A stretch of DNA of 64,000 bases, from positions 1 to 64,000 of the IMG/VR virus record IMGVR_UViG_3300028377_000004; one strand, 5' to 3'. The DNA is from a virus. The notes under the pieces were generated by a model. The model was not told the origin of the DNA. It was given only the letters and a program-made list of their open reading frames with translations, and ran no database searches. This document shows positions 39,793 to 49,327 of the stretch, one piece after another; the stretch's first letter is position 1, and each line of letters starts with the position of its first letter. The translations under genes and the position numbers were made by a program.

Positions 39793-39981
39793 ATGAATTT
39801 GGTAATCGTGTGCATCCTATTATTCGTTCTACTATTTGGGTCTGATATTTCTCAGAGCAAATCGTTGAGAGAATTCTTTTGGATAACAATTCATAACGTT
39901 ATAGCTCATCCAATGGTATGTTTTCAGAAGGAATGTACATTCCGTTTTCATGCTTGGAGCGCTACCAAAATGGATTGCTGA
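39793..39981 (+). CDS. Small hydrophobic protein
   Basis: 62 aa, N-terminal hydrophobic helix, AAGGA SD. Confidence 0.5.
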   Translation: MNLVIVCILLFVLLFGSDISQSKSLREFFWITIHNVIAHPMVCFQKECTFRFHAWSATKMDC

Positions 39982-39987
39982 ATTAAT

Positions 39988-40028
39988 TTTGTAATTTCTA
40001 AAAGTCCAGGGTATATAGAGTGTAAGAG
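39988..40028 (+). promoter_or_regulatory. Putative early promoter, copy 5
   Basis: TTTGTAA-TTTCTAAAAGT-CCAGGGTATATAGAGTGTAAGAG. Confidence 0.8.
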
Positions 40029-40058
40029 AAACACTTAACCCCTGAAAAGGAAGATATC

Positions 40059-40658
40059 ATGAGCTATGAAAATGCAAAATCGACGAAACTGGTAGCAACC
40101 CACTGTGCAGCTTGTGGTCGTCCTCTAGTAGACGCCTCGTCGGTAGAAGCTGGCATAGGTCCAATTTGTAGAAAGAAGTATCAGTATGAAGACGCCCTTC
40201 CCATTACGGATGAAGTCGAGTCGAAAGTTAAAGCTACTCTTTCCTCGGTTCCTGATCAAGACCTTCAGGGTAAAATCGGAGAAGCAGTGAACAAGGATGA
40301 CTCTCGACGGGCAGCGAACCTTTTAGTCCATCACATAGCACACCACCAGAAAGGTCCTGAGAGTATGGGAGCTATTCGACTGATTCGTGCCTTCGGATAT
40401 AATGTCCTTGCAGACCGGATCGAAGATCGCTTGAAACCTCAGATTCGGGTGAAAATAGAAGAAGGTCGTATCATCGTAGATAGTCCCTATAATGAAACCT
40501 TCGTATCGGCAATCAGAGAAATTGAGGGTCGTAAGTTTGATTTTGAGACGAAGACTTGGAATGTTCCTGTAGCGCAAAAAAGAACCTTATGGGATGCCCT
40601 TCGTGCTGGATATGAGGGTGAAGTCGCCCAAGGCCCTAAAGGTCCTTTTGTCCTCTGA
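40059..40658 (+). CDS. DUF6011-like Zn-finger protein with C-terminal HARP-like domain
   Basis: CAACGRPLVD..SV..GIGPIC; IVDSPYNETFVSAIREIEGRKFDFETKTWNVP. Confidence 0.7.
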   Translation: MSYENAKSTKLVATHCAACGRPLVDASSVEAGIGPICRKKYQYEDALPITDEVESKVKATLSSVPDQDLQGKIGEAVNKDDSRRAANLLVHHIAHHQKGPESMGAIRLIRAFGYNVLADRIEDRLKPQIRVKIEEGRIIVDSPYNETFVSAIREIEGRKFDFETKTWNVPVAQKRTLWDALRAGYEGEVAQGPKGPFVL

Positions 40659-40746
40659 GGAGAAGAGAATACTTGGGATATACTATACCTTGACTTCAGG
40701 TACATTAATAAGGTAAAAGTAGTTCTCTAATTGTTTTGTTGTAGAA

Positions 40747-41886
40747 GTGAGGGAGATAATGGTGGCAGTATTAAAGATGTCTGAAATTGCGCAGTCAAAA
40801 GAACCACTAGTCATTATGATGATCGGCGCTTCGGGAAGTGGCAAGAGTACCCTTGCACATGAGTTGACTACTTTCCGAGATGATATGATTGTGGTATCCT
40901 CTGACGATACTCGTGAGCTTCTTACGGGAGATCCAGGCAATATGCCTATCTCTCGTTTGGCTTTTGAGCATATTCATACGATCTTGGAAACCCGATCAAG
41001 GCATGGAGTCAGCACGGTATTTGATGCAACTTCCCTGAAACGTGCCGACCGAATGGCTATTATGGCGAGTGCCCGGAAAAGTGATCGACATTTTAAGGTG
41101 GTGGGTGTTCTGGTAGAAACTCCCCTAGAGACGTGTAAAGCCCGCCAACACATGAGGGACCGTCAAGTACCCGAGTACGTGATTGAAAAACATCACAATA
41201 GCTATCAGGCTTCCAAGAAGAACGTTTTGGAGGAGAGGTTTGATGCTTTATTCATCTATGATACAGAGGAAAAAACCCTTACGGAATTAGAAACGTTTAC
41301 CCCTCCCGAGCCGTCCCTTGATATCGCCAATATTGTTACGGCGTTTAATAAGAAGACGATAGGCTCGAAAGTAACAGATCCGATTCCCTTTCTTGCCACT
41401 TTGAGTAAAGCCTTAAAAGCTACAGACTTTGGTAATCAGAGAGTGAAGGGGCAGGCATATATCCCCCTTAACGAAGCTGTTCCTTATGTATCGTGCGGGG
41501 TAGGAATTGGTACGGGGGATCCGTCAGACTATGTGATCAGAGAACACCGAGGAAATATGGGTTTGTATCTCAAAAGAGAACATGCTGCTCCAACCAAAAA
41601 CTTGGCAGTTGTTGTATATACCAGAGATGCCTATATGGCAGACCCTGATGTACAAGAGAATACGGAAGAATTCCAGAGAGCTACGGATTCGGATTCTACG
41701 CACTTCTTGGTAGCAGTCCTAGCAAGTGCTGGGGATCACAGCCCGCACACTCCAGGACGTTTTGTACGGAATCTGGCGGGAGGTAATCATGAAGCTATGT
41801 TCTGGACTGCCTCGGAGATTCGCAAGAAGGCCCAAGAAATTGTATCCTATTATGATGAAGAAAACTGGAAAGTGGTGGCAGACTGA
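40747..41886 (+). CDS. Polynucleotide 5'-kinase (Pnkp-type AAA_33) fused to an unknown domain
   Basis: IGASGSGKST, VSSDDTR, TVFDAT, P.ETC.AR...RDRQVPEYVI; true start may be ATG 40759 or 40777. Confidence 0.8.
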   Translation: MREIMVAVLKMSEIAQSKEPLVIMMIGASGSGKSTLAHELTTFRDDMIVVSSDDTRELLTGDPGNMPISRLAFEHIHTILETRSRHGVSTVFDATSLKRADRMAIMASARKSDRHFKVVGVLVETPLETCKARQHMRDRQVPEYVIEKHHNSYQASKKNVLEERFDALFIYDTEEKTLTELETFTPPEPSLDIANIVTAFNKKTIGSKVTDPIPFLATLSKALKATDFGNQRVKGQAYIPLNEAVPYVSCGVGIGTGDPSDYVIREHRGNMGLYLKREHAAPTKNLAVVVYTRDAYMADPDVQENTEEFQRATDSDSTHFLVAVLASAGDHSPHTPGRFVRNLAGGNHEAMFWTASEIRKKAQEIVSYYDEENWKVVAD

Positions 41887-42051
41887 GGAGACAATTAGAG
41901 GAAATGAATTCTTATTTGGACGACCATACTTGTTTTCGTATTTCAGGGGAAGAGGACTAAATCCTATCACGTTGCGGGAAGAATGATCCTATCTAATTTG
42001 TTTTTAGAACAGAAAATAGTAGAAGACAAGTAAAGAGATGAGATCATTATT

Positions 42052-42597
42052 ATGACCGGAATTATTTATATCATACAGGCTACAGGAACTGATCGCTATA
42101 AAGTAGGGTTTACTGCAAGAGACCCTGTAAAAAGATTAGCAGAGTTACAAATAGGAAGTCCTTTTCCACTGGAACTAAATCATTTCTTTTCAGGTTCGAT
42201 GCGAGAAGAAAAAGACTTGCACGAAGCCCTGAGCCCTTTTCATGTGGGCGGCGAATGGTTTGAAATCAAAATGGGTCCTCTTCTGGAAGCTATCTCCTAT
42301 ACTAAACAAAGCGTACTTGCTCCTTCTTCTAATTCAGACCTTGGGACTACTCAGGAAGATACCACATTAGAGAAGGGGGAGTATGGACCCATTAAGGTGG
42401 TGAAAGGTCCTCATAAGGGATGTGAGGGATTTTTTAGCGAAGATGTGGAGGAAGACCTGTGGAACGTGGAGGAAGGCTACCTCACCTTTCTAGAGGACTC
42501 TGAGAAAACGGGAGAAACCACTTTCCAAGTGACCAAAGTATATTTGGAAGGAGTCGGTTCTGTAATATTGCCGTATTCAGTTTTGGTTTCTATTTAA
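42052..42597 (+). CDS. T5orf172/MUG113 (GIY-YIG-like) domain protein
   Basis: IYII...YKVGFT.RDP.KRL.ELQ.GSP..L...E..LH.......GGEWF. Confidence 0.8.
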   Translation: MTGIIYIIQATGTDRYKVGFTARDPVKRLAELQIGSPFPLELNHFFSGSMREEKDLHEALSPFHVGGEWFEIKMGPLLEAISYTKQSVLAPSSNSDLGTTQEDTTLEKGEYGPIKVVKGPHKGCEGFFSEDVEEDLWNVEEGYLTFLEDSEKTGETTFQVTKVYLEGVGSVILPYSVLVSI

Positions 42598-42669
42598 AAA
42601 GACGGTTATTTTTTTATGGTATCTAGTCATAGACCATAAAAAGCCTTTCACTCTCCTTCTGAGGTCCTA

Positions 42670-43191
42670 ATGAATCTTAAAAAACAGTTAATCCAATTAG
42701 GTGAAGACCACAAAGATCTTAGACCTCATCTGAAAGTCCTCGTAGATTATCTACAAGACAAAGAAGGGGGGTCGTGGTATGATAAGGGGGAAACTAGCCC
42801 TAAAACTGAACCTTCTGAGGCTCCAAGCCCTACTCATAAAATACCTGAAGGTAAAGACCAGATATTTTCAGGTTCACCGGATTCTCTGAGAGCTTTTAAT
42901 ACCGTCATCCTTCCTCAGATCCAGGCAAAAGCTGATGCTTTTTCTTTTGAGGATATGACCAAAATGATGGAAGAGATAGATTCCCTTGGTACCTCAAAAA
43001 ATACGGAATTAGAAAATGCTCTTATTGTATGTAAACCTGTTTCAATGAACACGGGTAAATTTTATCAAGAGATTCAAAACGTGTTCAAGGATTGGATGCG
43101 TCCCAAGTTAAAAGGGGAAGGACAAGGACAAGAGGAGGGATCTACAGAAAAAGAAGATTCTAAAAAAGAATACAACTTTAATTTTCAGTAA
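42670..43191 (+). CDS. Hypothetical protein with shared N-terminal helix motif (possible internal virion protein)
   Basis: MNLKKQLIQLGEDHKDLRPHL resembles the N-terminus of 54568..55140; heads the second virion gene block. Confidence 0.6.
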   Translation: MNLKKQLIQLGEDHKDLRPHLKVLVDYLQDKEGGSWYDKGETSPKTEPSEAPSPTHKIPEGKDQIFSGSPDSLRAFNTVILPQIQAKADAFSFEDMTKMMEEIDSLGTSKNTELENALIVCKPVSMNTGKFYQEIQNVFKDWMRPKLKGEGQGQEEGSTEKEDSKKEYNFNFQ

Positions 43192-43197
43192 ATAAAA

Positions 43198-44019
43198 ATG
43201 GCTATTCTACCAAATTCATCGTTTGTGCGGGTTTTGCATCTGGGAAACAGTCAAGGGTCTATTTATCTTAATGATATTGATACCTATTTAAACCGATATC
43301 CAGAGCTAAAAATCCCTGTCTACGTTCCTTTCGAGAGGACAATAGACATTCCATTAGTTGATGAGGTCTTGATCTCTTATAATAGGGGATCGCTTCATAA
43401 ACACGCTCAAAACAATCTCATTGAAGTCTTCATTTTCTCTGAGAAATCCGTAGTCGAACTAATAAATGTCACTAATCATCAGTCAAAACTTGATAGTGAT
43501 ATCATTTTAGTCAATACCAGCCTTTCTGATGTTACCGTTACCCTACCAGACCTTAGTATACTTCCAGAAGGGCGAGAAATCTTCATTAAGAAGACCACTG
43601 ACGATGTTAATAACCTGATTATAGAAGCACAGGTACCCGATCAAATTGATAGAGACTCTTTGGAAGTAATTACCTCCGCACCTTTTGGTGCCTTCACTTT
43701 AAGAGCAGGCGCTGGAGGTTGGTGGATAGCCTCAGAGCATCCTTCGGGAACTGTATTAGATGATGATGGTGGTGGGGGTGGTGGAGATTTCGAGCCCGTA
43801 AAAATCTATGCGAACTTAGCTTCTAGAGACTCTACGGAACCTAGTTTTGTTTATGTAGGAAAAGTCGAAGCCGTAGGTACTTCTGAGGATAGTCCCTCTT
43901 GGCGGATTTATCGTCAAAACGTAGCAAATACAAATACGCCACAGGAATTTGCGGGTGGCACAGTCGAGTATATTCATAAATGGACAGAAAGAGAATCATT
44001 GACCTACGAGGAGATCTAA
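43198..44019 (+). CDS. Mosaic tail-associated protein
   Basis: VNTS..DVTVTLP...GREIFIKK..D..N tail-fibre module; Gly linker; C-terminal YVGK......SWRI...W.ERESLTY module. Confidence 0.6.
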   Translation: MAILPNSSFVRVLHLGNSQGSIYLNDIDTYLNRYPELKIPVYVPFERTIDIPLVDEVLISYNRGSLHKHAQNNLIEVFIFSEKSVVELINVTNHQSKLDSDIILVNTSLSDVTVTLPDLSILPEGREIFIKKTTDDVNNLIIEAQVPDQIDRDSLEVITSAPFGAFTLRAGAGGWWIASEHPSGTVLDDDGGGGGGDFEPVKIYANLASRDSTEPSFVYVGKVEAVGTSEDSPSWRIYRQNVANTNTPQEFAGGTVEYIHKWTERESLTYEEI

Positions 44020-44442
44020 ATGAGTGAGAAAATTATCAAAGTAGCGGGACTTTGGGAACGGGGTTGGTCAACACCCATCATGGAAGTAGACCTCTGGCAA
44101 TTCCCACTAAGAGACTTTGGAGTTCAAACATTGTATATGACTCCTATTTCTGGTATTGCATCGAACAAGGTTGAAGAAAGGTCTTCGCTTACTGAAATAT
44201 TGGAAGAGGCAGATCAGGAAGGACTTACCGTTGTTTTCGTGGACGAGAACGGAAGTTCCTCCCTAGAAGAATTTGAGCATCCTGACAAGGTACTTTACGT
44301 TTTTGGAAAAGCGGGAAGTGCTGCGACTATTCATGCTCGTTCCAAGGATCTCTCCATTAGCATTTCTACAGTAGCCAACAAAGGTCTTTTATGGCCGCAC
44401 CAAGCTGCTTCTATCGTCCTCTATGACCGACACCTGAAGTGA
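44020..44442 (+). CDS. SPOUT-fold (TrmH/TrmL-like) methyltransferase-like protein
   Basis: LEEFEHPDKVLYVFGK...SISI.T....LLWPHQAASIVLYDR resembles the SPOUT trefoil-knot signature. Confidence 0.5.
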   Translation: MSEKIIKVAGLWERGWSTPIMEVDLWQFPLRDFGVQTLYMTPISGIASNKVEERSSLTEILEEADQEGLTVVFVDENGSSSLEEFEHPDKVLYVFGKAGSAATIHARSKDLSISISTVANKGLLWPHQAASIVLYDRHLK

Positions 44443-44449
44443 GATTATT

Positions 44450-46051
44450 ATGGCTGTAACAATCACAGACAATCGCACCACTATTTCCGCTGCCAATGCC
44501 ACTACAGGTTGGACCAGCACGGCGGGTCATGATACTTTCACTGCGCAACCTTCTCCCGTTGAAGGTACTGCCTGCCTTGGTATGCAGGTATCTAATGCCC
44601 AAGAGGATGCGTATTTCACATTACCTGCTTCCGTAAATATGGGGGGCACCGGGACATTGGTCTATCAGTGGGTTTTTCCTCGTGGGGAAATGGCAACCAC
44701 TGCTAATGGGGGTATCCAACTCCAATTAGGAGACGGGACCAACCGTATAGGTTTTCACCTAGCGGGCGCTGACATCGCACCTTTTCGGCACGACCAAGGG
44801 CCAGTTGGTTGGCAGTGTATGGTTTTAGACACTGCAAATCTTCCTACGTCTTTCACGGTCTTATCAGGGTCAAGGGTGGGCCTTAACCTGTCTGCAATCA
44901 CACAGGTTGGAGTTGTCTTTACCACACTTGTTAAGTCTGTTGGTGGTGTGGAAAACTGTTTCTGGGATGTATCAAGACGAGGCACAGGGGGCTTGACTAT
45001 TACTGGAGGATCTGTTGGGGATCCAGGAAAGTTCTCAGAGATCGCAACCCTCGACCGGTCTACCGGAGCAGGACAAGGATACGGAATCATTAGACAGTTG
45101 GGTGCAGGTGTTTTTGGATTGCAAGGCCCTCTAACTTTTGGATCAGGTGCAACCGCTACTTATTTCTCAGACCAAAATGCTACCCTTGTTTTCGAAGATC
45201 GCAATTTCCTTGATGATAAATATACAGTTACAGTACAGGGGAGTGGAACTACTTTCCAATTGGGATTGCCTGCGGGAGCTACCGGGGGTTCTGATGGATG
45301 TACTTTTGTCACTCCCACAACCACTGCTTCTAGGTGGATAGCAACGGATACAGGAACTGCTAATCTCAACATTTATGGCTCTACCTTCACAGGATTTCGA
45401 GAGGGAATAGCTTTTTCTTCCGGAGCAAATGCAGTTGATCACGAGTTTTTCGGAAATACCGTCCGGCTATCTGGACAGGTAGACATGGGACGGGTGACTA
45501 CTCGAAAGAGCACTTTTACAGGATATTCGGGTGCGGACGGAGCCCTCCTCTGGAACGAAAATATTGATATTCAGGACTGCTCCTTTGAAGGTAATGCGGA
45601 TGCTACTAATAATCCAGCCGGTATTGAGCATCCCTCATCAGTAGGGACGCCCTATTCGTACCCAGACCTAACGTTCTCTTCTAATGATTTTGATATTTTC
45701 AACTCGTCAGGTTCTGCGATCACAGTACAGGCACAGGGAACGTCTAACCCTTCCACATCGAGGGGGTCGGCTGTTGCCATTGAAAATGTGGTTTCGCTCA
45801 CACTCACGGGATTGGAGACAGATTCTGAGGTCCGAATCTTTCGGGTTTCCGACAATTTGGAGCTAGGAGGTACCGAAAGCTCCACAGATACTTTTGTACT
45901 TTCCTACAACTATACGGGTGATACTGAAGTTTACATCGTAGTTCACCATCTCAATTTCAGATATCTTAGATTGGCAAATGTAACATTGACCTCTTCTAAC
46001 GCTGTTCTACCTATCCAACAACAGGTAGATCGGGTCTATAATAACCCATGA
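44450..46051 (+). CDS. Tail fibre/tailspike-like protein with beta-helix-like C-terminal half
   Basis: G/T/S-rich; repeated F.GN/TFTG strands; tail context. Confidence 0.55.
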   Translation: MAVTITDNRTTISAANATTGWTSTAGHDTFTAQPSPVEGTACLGMQVSNAQEDAYFTLPASVNMGGTGTLVYQWVFPRGEMATTANGGIQLQLGDGTNRIGFHLAGADIAPFRHDQGPVGWQCMVLDTANLPTSFTVLSGSRVGLNLSAITQVGVVFTTLVKSVGGVENCFWDVSRRGTGGLTITGGSVGDPGKFSEIATLDRSTGAGQGYGIIRQLGAGVFGLQGPLTFGSGATATYFSDQNATLVFEDRNFLDDKYTVTVQGSGTTFQLGLPAGATGGSDGCTFVTPTTTASRWIATDTGTANLNIYGSTFTGFREGIAFSSGANAVDHEFFGNTVRLSGQVDMGRVTTRKSTFTGYSGADGALLWNENIDIQDCSFEGNADATNNPAGIEHPSSVGTPYSYPDLTFSSNDFDIFNSSGSAITVQAQGTSNPSTSRGSAVAIENVVSLTLTGLETDSEVRIFRVSDNLELGGTESSTDTFVLSYNYTGDTEVYIVVHHLNFRYLRLANVTLTSSNAVLPIQQQVDRVYNNP

Positions 46052-46151
46052 TCCTCAATGATGGAATTCACTATTCTATTTATTAGCTAGAGAAGTAGAC
46101 TCTAGGTCCCTTTATCTTTTTTAATATACAAACCCTCTCGGAGAATTCAAA

Positions 46152-48554
46152 ATGGTCGTAATTGATCCAGACAACTTAGACCGATTTCAGGTCATTTTCG
46201 GAACAGAAGCGGAACGCATTTCTTTGCGTCCTGTTTCTCTTACTGTAACCACACAGTCCTCTACAGGCAGCACTACTGTATCTACCACTACGTTCACGGA
46301 CTTAAATGCTACCTTCGACACCGATGGGGTAGCAGTAGGAGACGTCATCTGTGCCCAGACGAGTTTAGACTCCGGCCACTATATCATCACGAGCGTAGAC
46401 TCTGAGACGGAGCTTACGGTGGACACAGACGAAACTTTCACTACCTTTGAGGGGTCTACTGACATTGTATATGATATTAGGGAGCCGGGAGCAGGTTCAA
46501 TCGAACCCGGTGTTACGTTGCAGGCACTCTACTCCTTTGGTAAAGAGGAATGGAGAACCGACGTTGAAAACTTCGGCGGCGATGACTTGATTCGTCATAC
46601 ATTTCCTTTTGAGGCGATTACGTCGGAGCAGTTTGAGATTGGTGGTGGTAATGCACACACGGATTGGACATGGCAGAACGACTTCACTAGAAAAGCAGTA
46701 CGAACGGGAGGTTGGGCCGATAACATTACTAATGGTACAACCGAAGAAGAATATGCTGGGATTATTACACTTGGTGCTCTGGACTCTGATACTCAGGTCT
46801 ATTTCCAGCAAGAAAATGTAGATGCGGTCCCTACGAACTTTGAGTTCTTAGGACCTGTTAATGAAGCTATTCCTGTTTTCGAGACGGGAAATGACCGCAG
46901 GGGATTCCTCAAGCTATTTGCCCGGAAAAAAGCGAGAACGTATGCTGGTTCTGAGATCAGTGACATTGGTGTTACGACGATCCAGACGATTGTTAACCGT
47001 TTCCCGCTGGCGCACGCACTTGATGCTGCTATCTCAGTAAGTGATGGTGCTATCCTAGGATCTTCACCTTATAGAAATCAGCAGACAGTGGTCCCCTCAG
47101 CTTCCGCAGTTTTGGCGAACGTAGATGGCTTGACAGGAACTGTGACGGCTTCGGGAGAAACTTTCTTAGCAGATGGGGTTGTTGAGGGGGATTCGGTTCA
47201 TGTACTGGCAGGAACGCATGAAGGTATCTTTACCATCATCTCTGTAGATTCGGAGACGGTCCTAACGGTAGACACACAAGAGGAAGGACCTTTCACTGCG
47301 GTATCACCTAGTGTAGATGTAACAAGTACCATCCGACACGCTGACATCTCCTCCGGTGTCGCCAGTGACTATACGGACGGTGTTACTTCCAATATTGATG
47401 ATGATACAGGAACATTTACTTCGACTACCGGAGGGTTTACTGCCTCGGGAGTGGCGGTAGGAGACCTTCTTATTATCAGTGAGACTGGAAACGTTAATGC
47501 AGGGGTTTACAAGGTCCTCAATGTGGTTTCAGACACCGAACTTACAGTTGACACAGGGGATCGACCTTTCGTTGGTGATACTGCTATGGATTTCAGGGTA
47601 GTGCTTCCCGGCATGTATCTGGAATTCAAAGAGGATTTCATTACTCTTGGTGCTACTGGAGACTTGACTTTCGATTCCGCTACCCGTACTATTGAAAGAG
47701 CTTCGGGGTCTTGGGTAACAGATGAGGTTAGCACAGGTACAATTCTCACGGTAACAGGATCTGCGTCTAATAATGACGTGTATACTGTCGAATCCGTTAC
47801 TGCCACCACAATAACGCTAGTTCCCAGTAACACACTAGTCGACGAAGGCCCTACCTCAGATCCTACGCTCACTGCTTTTGATGCATATAAGAGATCCATT
47901 GGTGGGACTACTTATGCGTATAGATGGAGATTAACAGGAAATAACGCGAGTGCTGCCAATTGTTATCAATTCATTCAGCACCAACTGAGACAGCCTTCCG
48001 ATATTGACTATTCGGACGTAGGACATAGGGGAGATGTTACAGATCTTCTGATGAATTATGCTGCTCCTACGGGAGTTGGACTGGATATGTTTATCCAAGA
48101 CCTCTCTTCTTCCGATATCAATAATATGACGTTTCAGGACGCTACTGAAACGAATCGTCAGTTCCCTTTCTTGGCTGCGGGCCAGCTCAACTTCAACGTC
48201 AACTTGGTCAATGATACCAACGCGAAATATTGGCTTTTCTTTTCCGATGATAGTGCTGGAGATAATGCTGGAAATAACTTTGGAACAGAAAATGCTATTA
48301 TTGTTGAAGATGCGGATGGCGTTCCGATCGCGGGACAGGTTGGGGGTGACGGAACCATCTCATTCACTTTCGACTATGATGGTAATACACAAAGAGGAGC
48401 GGGGTCAGCAGGTACTAATGCTCCAGTGACCCTGGTTGCCATTGGACTTACCACGGCTCAGTACGTTATTGCTAACGGTACGATTGCAAGATCCGTTGCT
48501 AACGTTATCTCTGCGGTCGCCGCCTTGGAGAGGAATTATAGCAATCCTGCATGA
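46152..48554 (+). CDS. Virion structural protein with four inserted ~50-aa beta repeats
   Basis: IDPDNL, GVTLQALYSF.KEEW, FPFEAIT.EQF, GIITLG core plus (T/G)F..DGV..GD.......G.Y.I.SVDSET.LTVDT repeats. Confidence 0.65.
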   Translation: MVVIDPDNLDRFQVIFGTEAERISLRPVSLTVTTQSSTGSTTVSTTTFTDLNATFDTDGVAVGDVICAQTSLDSGHYIITSVDSETELTVDTDETFTTFEGSTDIVYDIREPGAGSIEPGVTLQALYSFGKEEWRTDVENFGGDDLIRHTFPFEAITSEQFEIGGGNAHTDWTWQNDFTRKAVRTGGWADNITNGTTEEEYAGIITLGALDSDTQVYFQQENVDAVPTNFEFLGPVNEAIPVFETGNDRRGFLKLFARKKARTYAGSEISDIGVTTIQTIVNRFPLAHALDAAISVSDGAILGSSPYRNQQTVVPSASAVLANVDGLTGTVTASGETFLADGVVEGDSVHVLAGTHEGIFTIISVDSETVLTVDTQEEGPFTAVSPSVDVTSTIRHADISSGVASDYTDGVTSNIDDDTGTFTSTTGGFTASGVAVGDLLIISETGNVNAGVYKVLNVVSDTELTVDTGDRPFVGDTAMDFRVVLPGMYLEFKEDFITLGATGDLTFDSATRTIERASGSWVTDEVSTGTILTVTGSASNNDVYTVESVTATTITLVPSNTLVDEGPTSDPTLTAFDAYKRSIGGTTYAYRWRLTGNNASAANCYQFIQHQLRQPSDIDYSDVGHRGDVTDLLMNYAAPTGVGLDMFIQDLSSSDINNMTFQDATETNRQFPFLAAGQLNFNVNLVNDTNAKYWLFFSDDSAGDNAGNNFGTENAIIVEDADGVPIAGQVGGDGTISFTFDYDGNTQRGAGSAGTNAPVTLVAIGLTTAQYVIANGTIARSVANVISAVAALERNYSNPA

Positions 48555-48740
48555 TTTCAAGGTCTTATATATAAAGACGTCTTACTGTCTCAGGCACTTT
48601 TAAGCCTATGATCGAAGCTTGCTACTCCCACTTCAAGGTGGGAGTAGCAAGACAAGATAAGACGTATCCAGAACCGTCATCTCAATGATAGTTAATCATA
48701 AAACTTATACGCAGCCTCCAAGGTGCGTACCCCCTTAATA
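48555..48740. other. Highly structured 200-nt intergenic region (candidate ncRNA or cis-element)
   Basis: Perfect 14-bp stem at 48618-48651 with no U-tract, a possible long-range pairing with its flanks, and a further hairpin at about 48707-48729. Confidence 0.45.
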
Positions 48741-48755
48741 GAAGAGGAGTAAATA

Positions 48756-49283
48756 ATGTCAGAAGAAGAGAATAATGAAGAGTTTTTAGAGATCGAACTA
48801 GAATCCATTGAAGAAGAAGTAGAGGAAGAGGATTTTTATGTTTTGGAAGATGTAGTATCTGAGCCTCCTCCAGCGCCACCTGAAGAGGAAGAGCCCCCCA
48901 AGGAGGTAATACCCGTTGAGAATGGTACCCCCATTAAAAAACAAACGGGGAAAGTAGATCATCTCTTTACAGAAATTGAACCCTTGATTATGGCAGCGGG
49001 AGCTGGTAGAGTAACTCGTCGACAGATAAGATATCGCCTCTTCCGGATTAGGGAAGGGGGTCGTATCCGAGAGGCGTATGATCTAGGTCTAAAATCTTTT
49101 ATGGAAGCTCAATTCACGTCAGAGATGACGTGGGAGAATTTCACCTTTGAGTGGGATGTTGCTCCTAATAACCCCCTTAAAGTCATTCCTAAAGATATCA
49201 GTAATTACGAATGGTTAGACCTAGGAGGTAAGTTTGATGGTGCAGACAAGAAAGTCCCACCGGCTTTCTCTCAACAGAAGTAA
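48756..49283 (+). CDS. Hypothetical protein with a very acidic N-terminus
   Basis: GAGGAG SD; E-rich N-terminus; MTWENFTFEWDV motif. Confidence 0.65.
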   Translation: MSEEENNEEFLEIELESIEEEVEEEDFYVLEDVVSEPPPAPPEEEEPPKEVIPVENGTPIKKQTGKVDHLFTEIEPLIMAAGAGRVTRRQIRYRLFRIREGGRIREAYDLGLKSFMEAQFTSEMTWENFTFEWDVAPNNPLKVIPKDISNYEWLDLGGKFDGADKKVPPAFSQQK

Positions 49284-49327
49284 GGTAGGATACGCAGTAG
49301 TAAGTATATTTTTAAGGTTAAGGTCCT

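Noticed and set aside
41904-41960. 18-codon ORF MNSYLDDHTCFRISGEED with a GAGGA SD
   Set aside because: Too short to support without conservation or ribosome data.
48618-48651. IS200/IS605 end or omega-RNA
   Set aside because: The hairpin is superficially similar, but there is no adjacent TnpA/TnpB/IscB and no recognisable terminal tetranucleotide context; kept only as a generic structured element.
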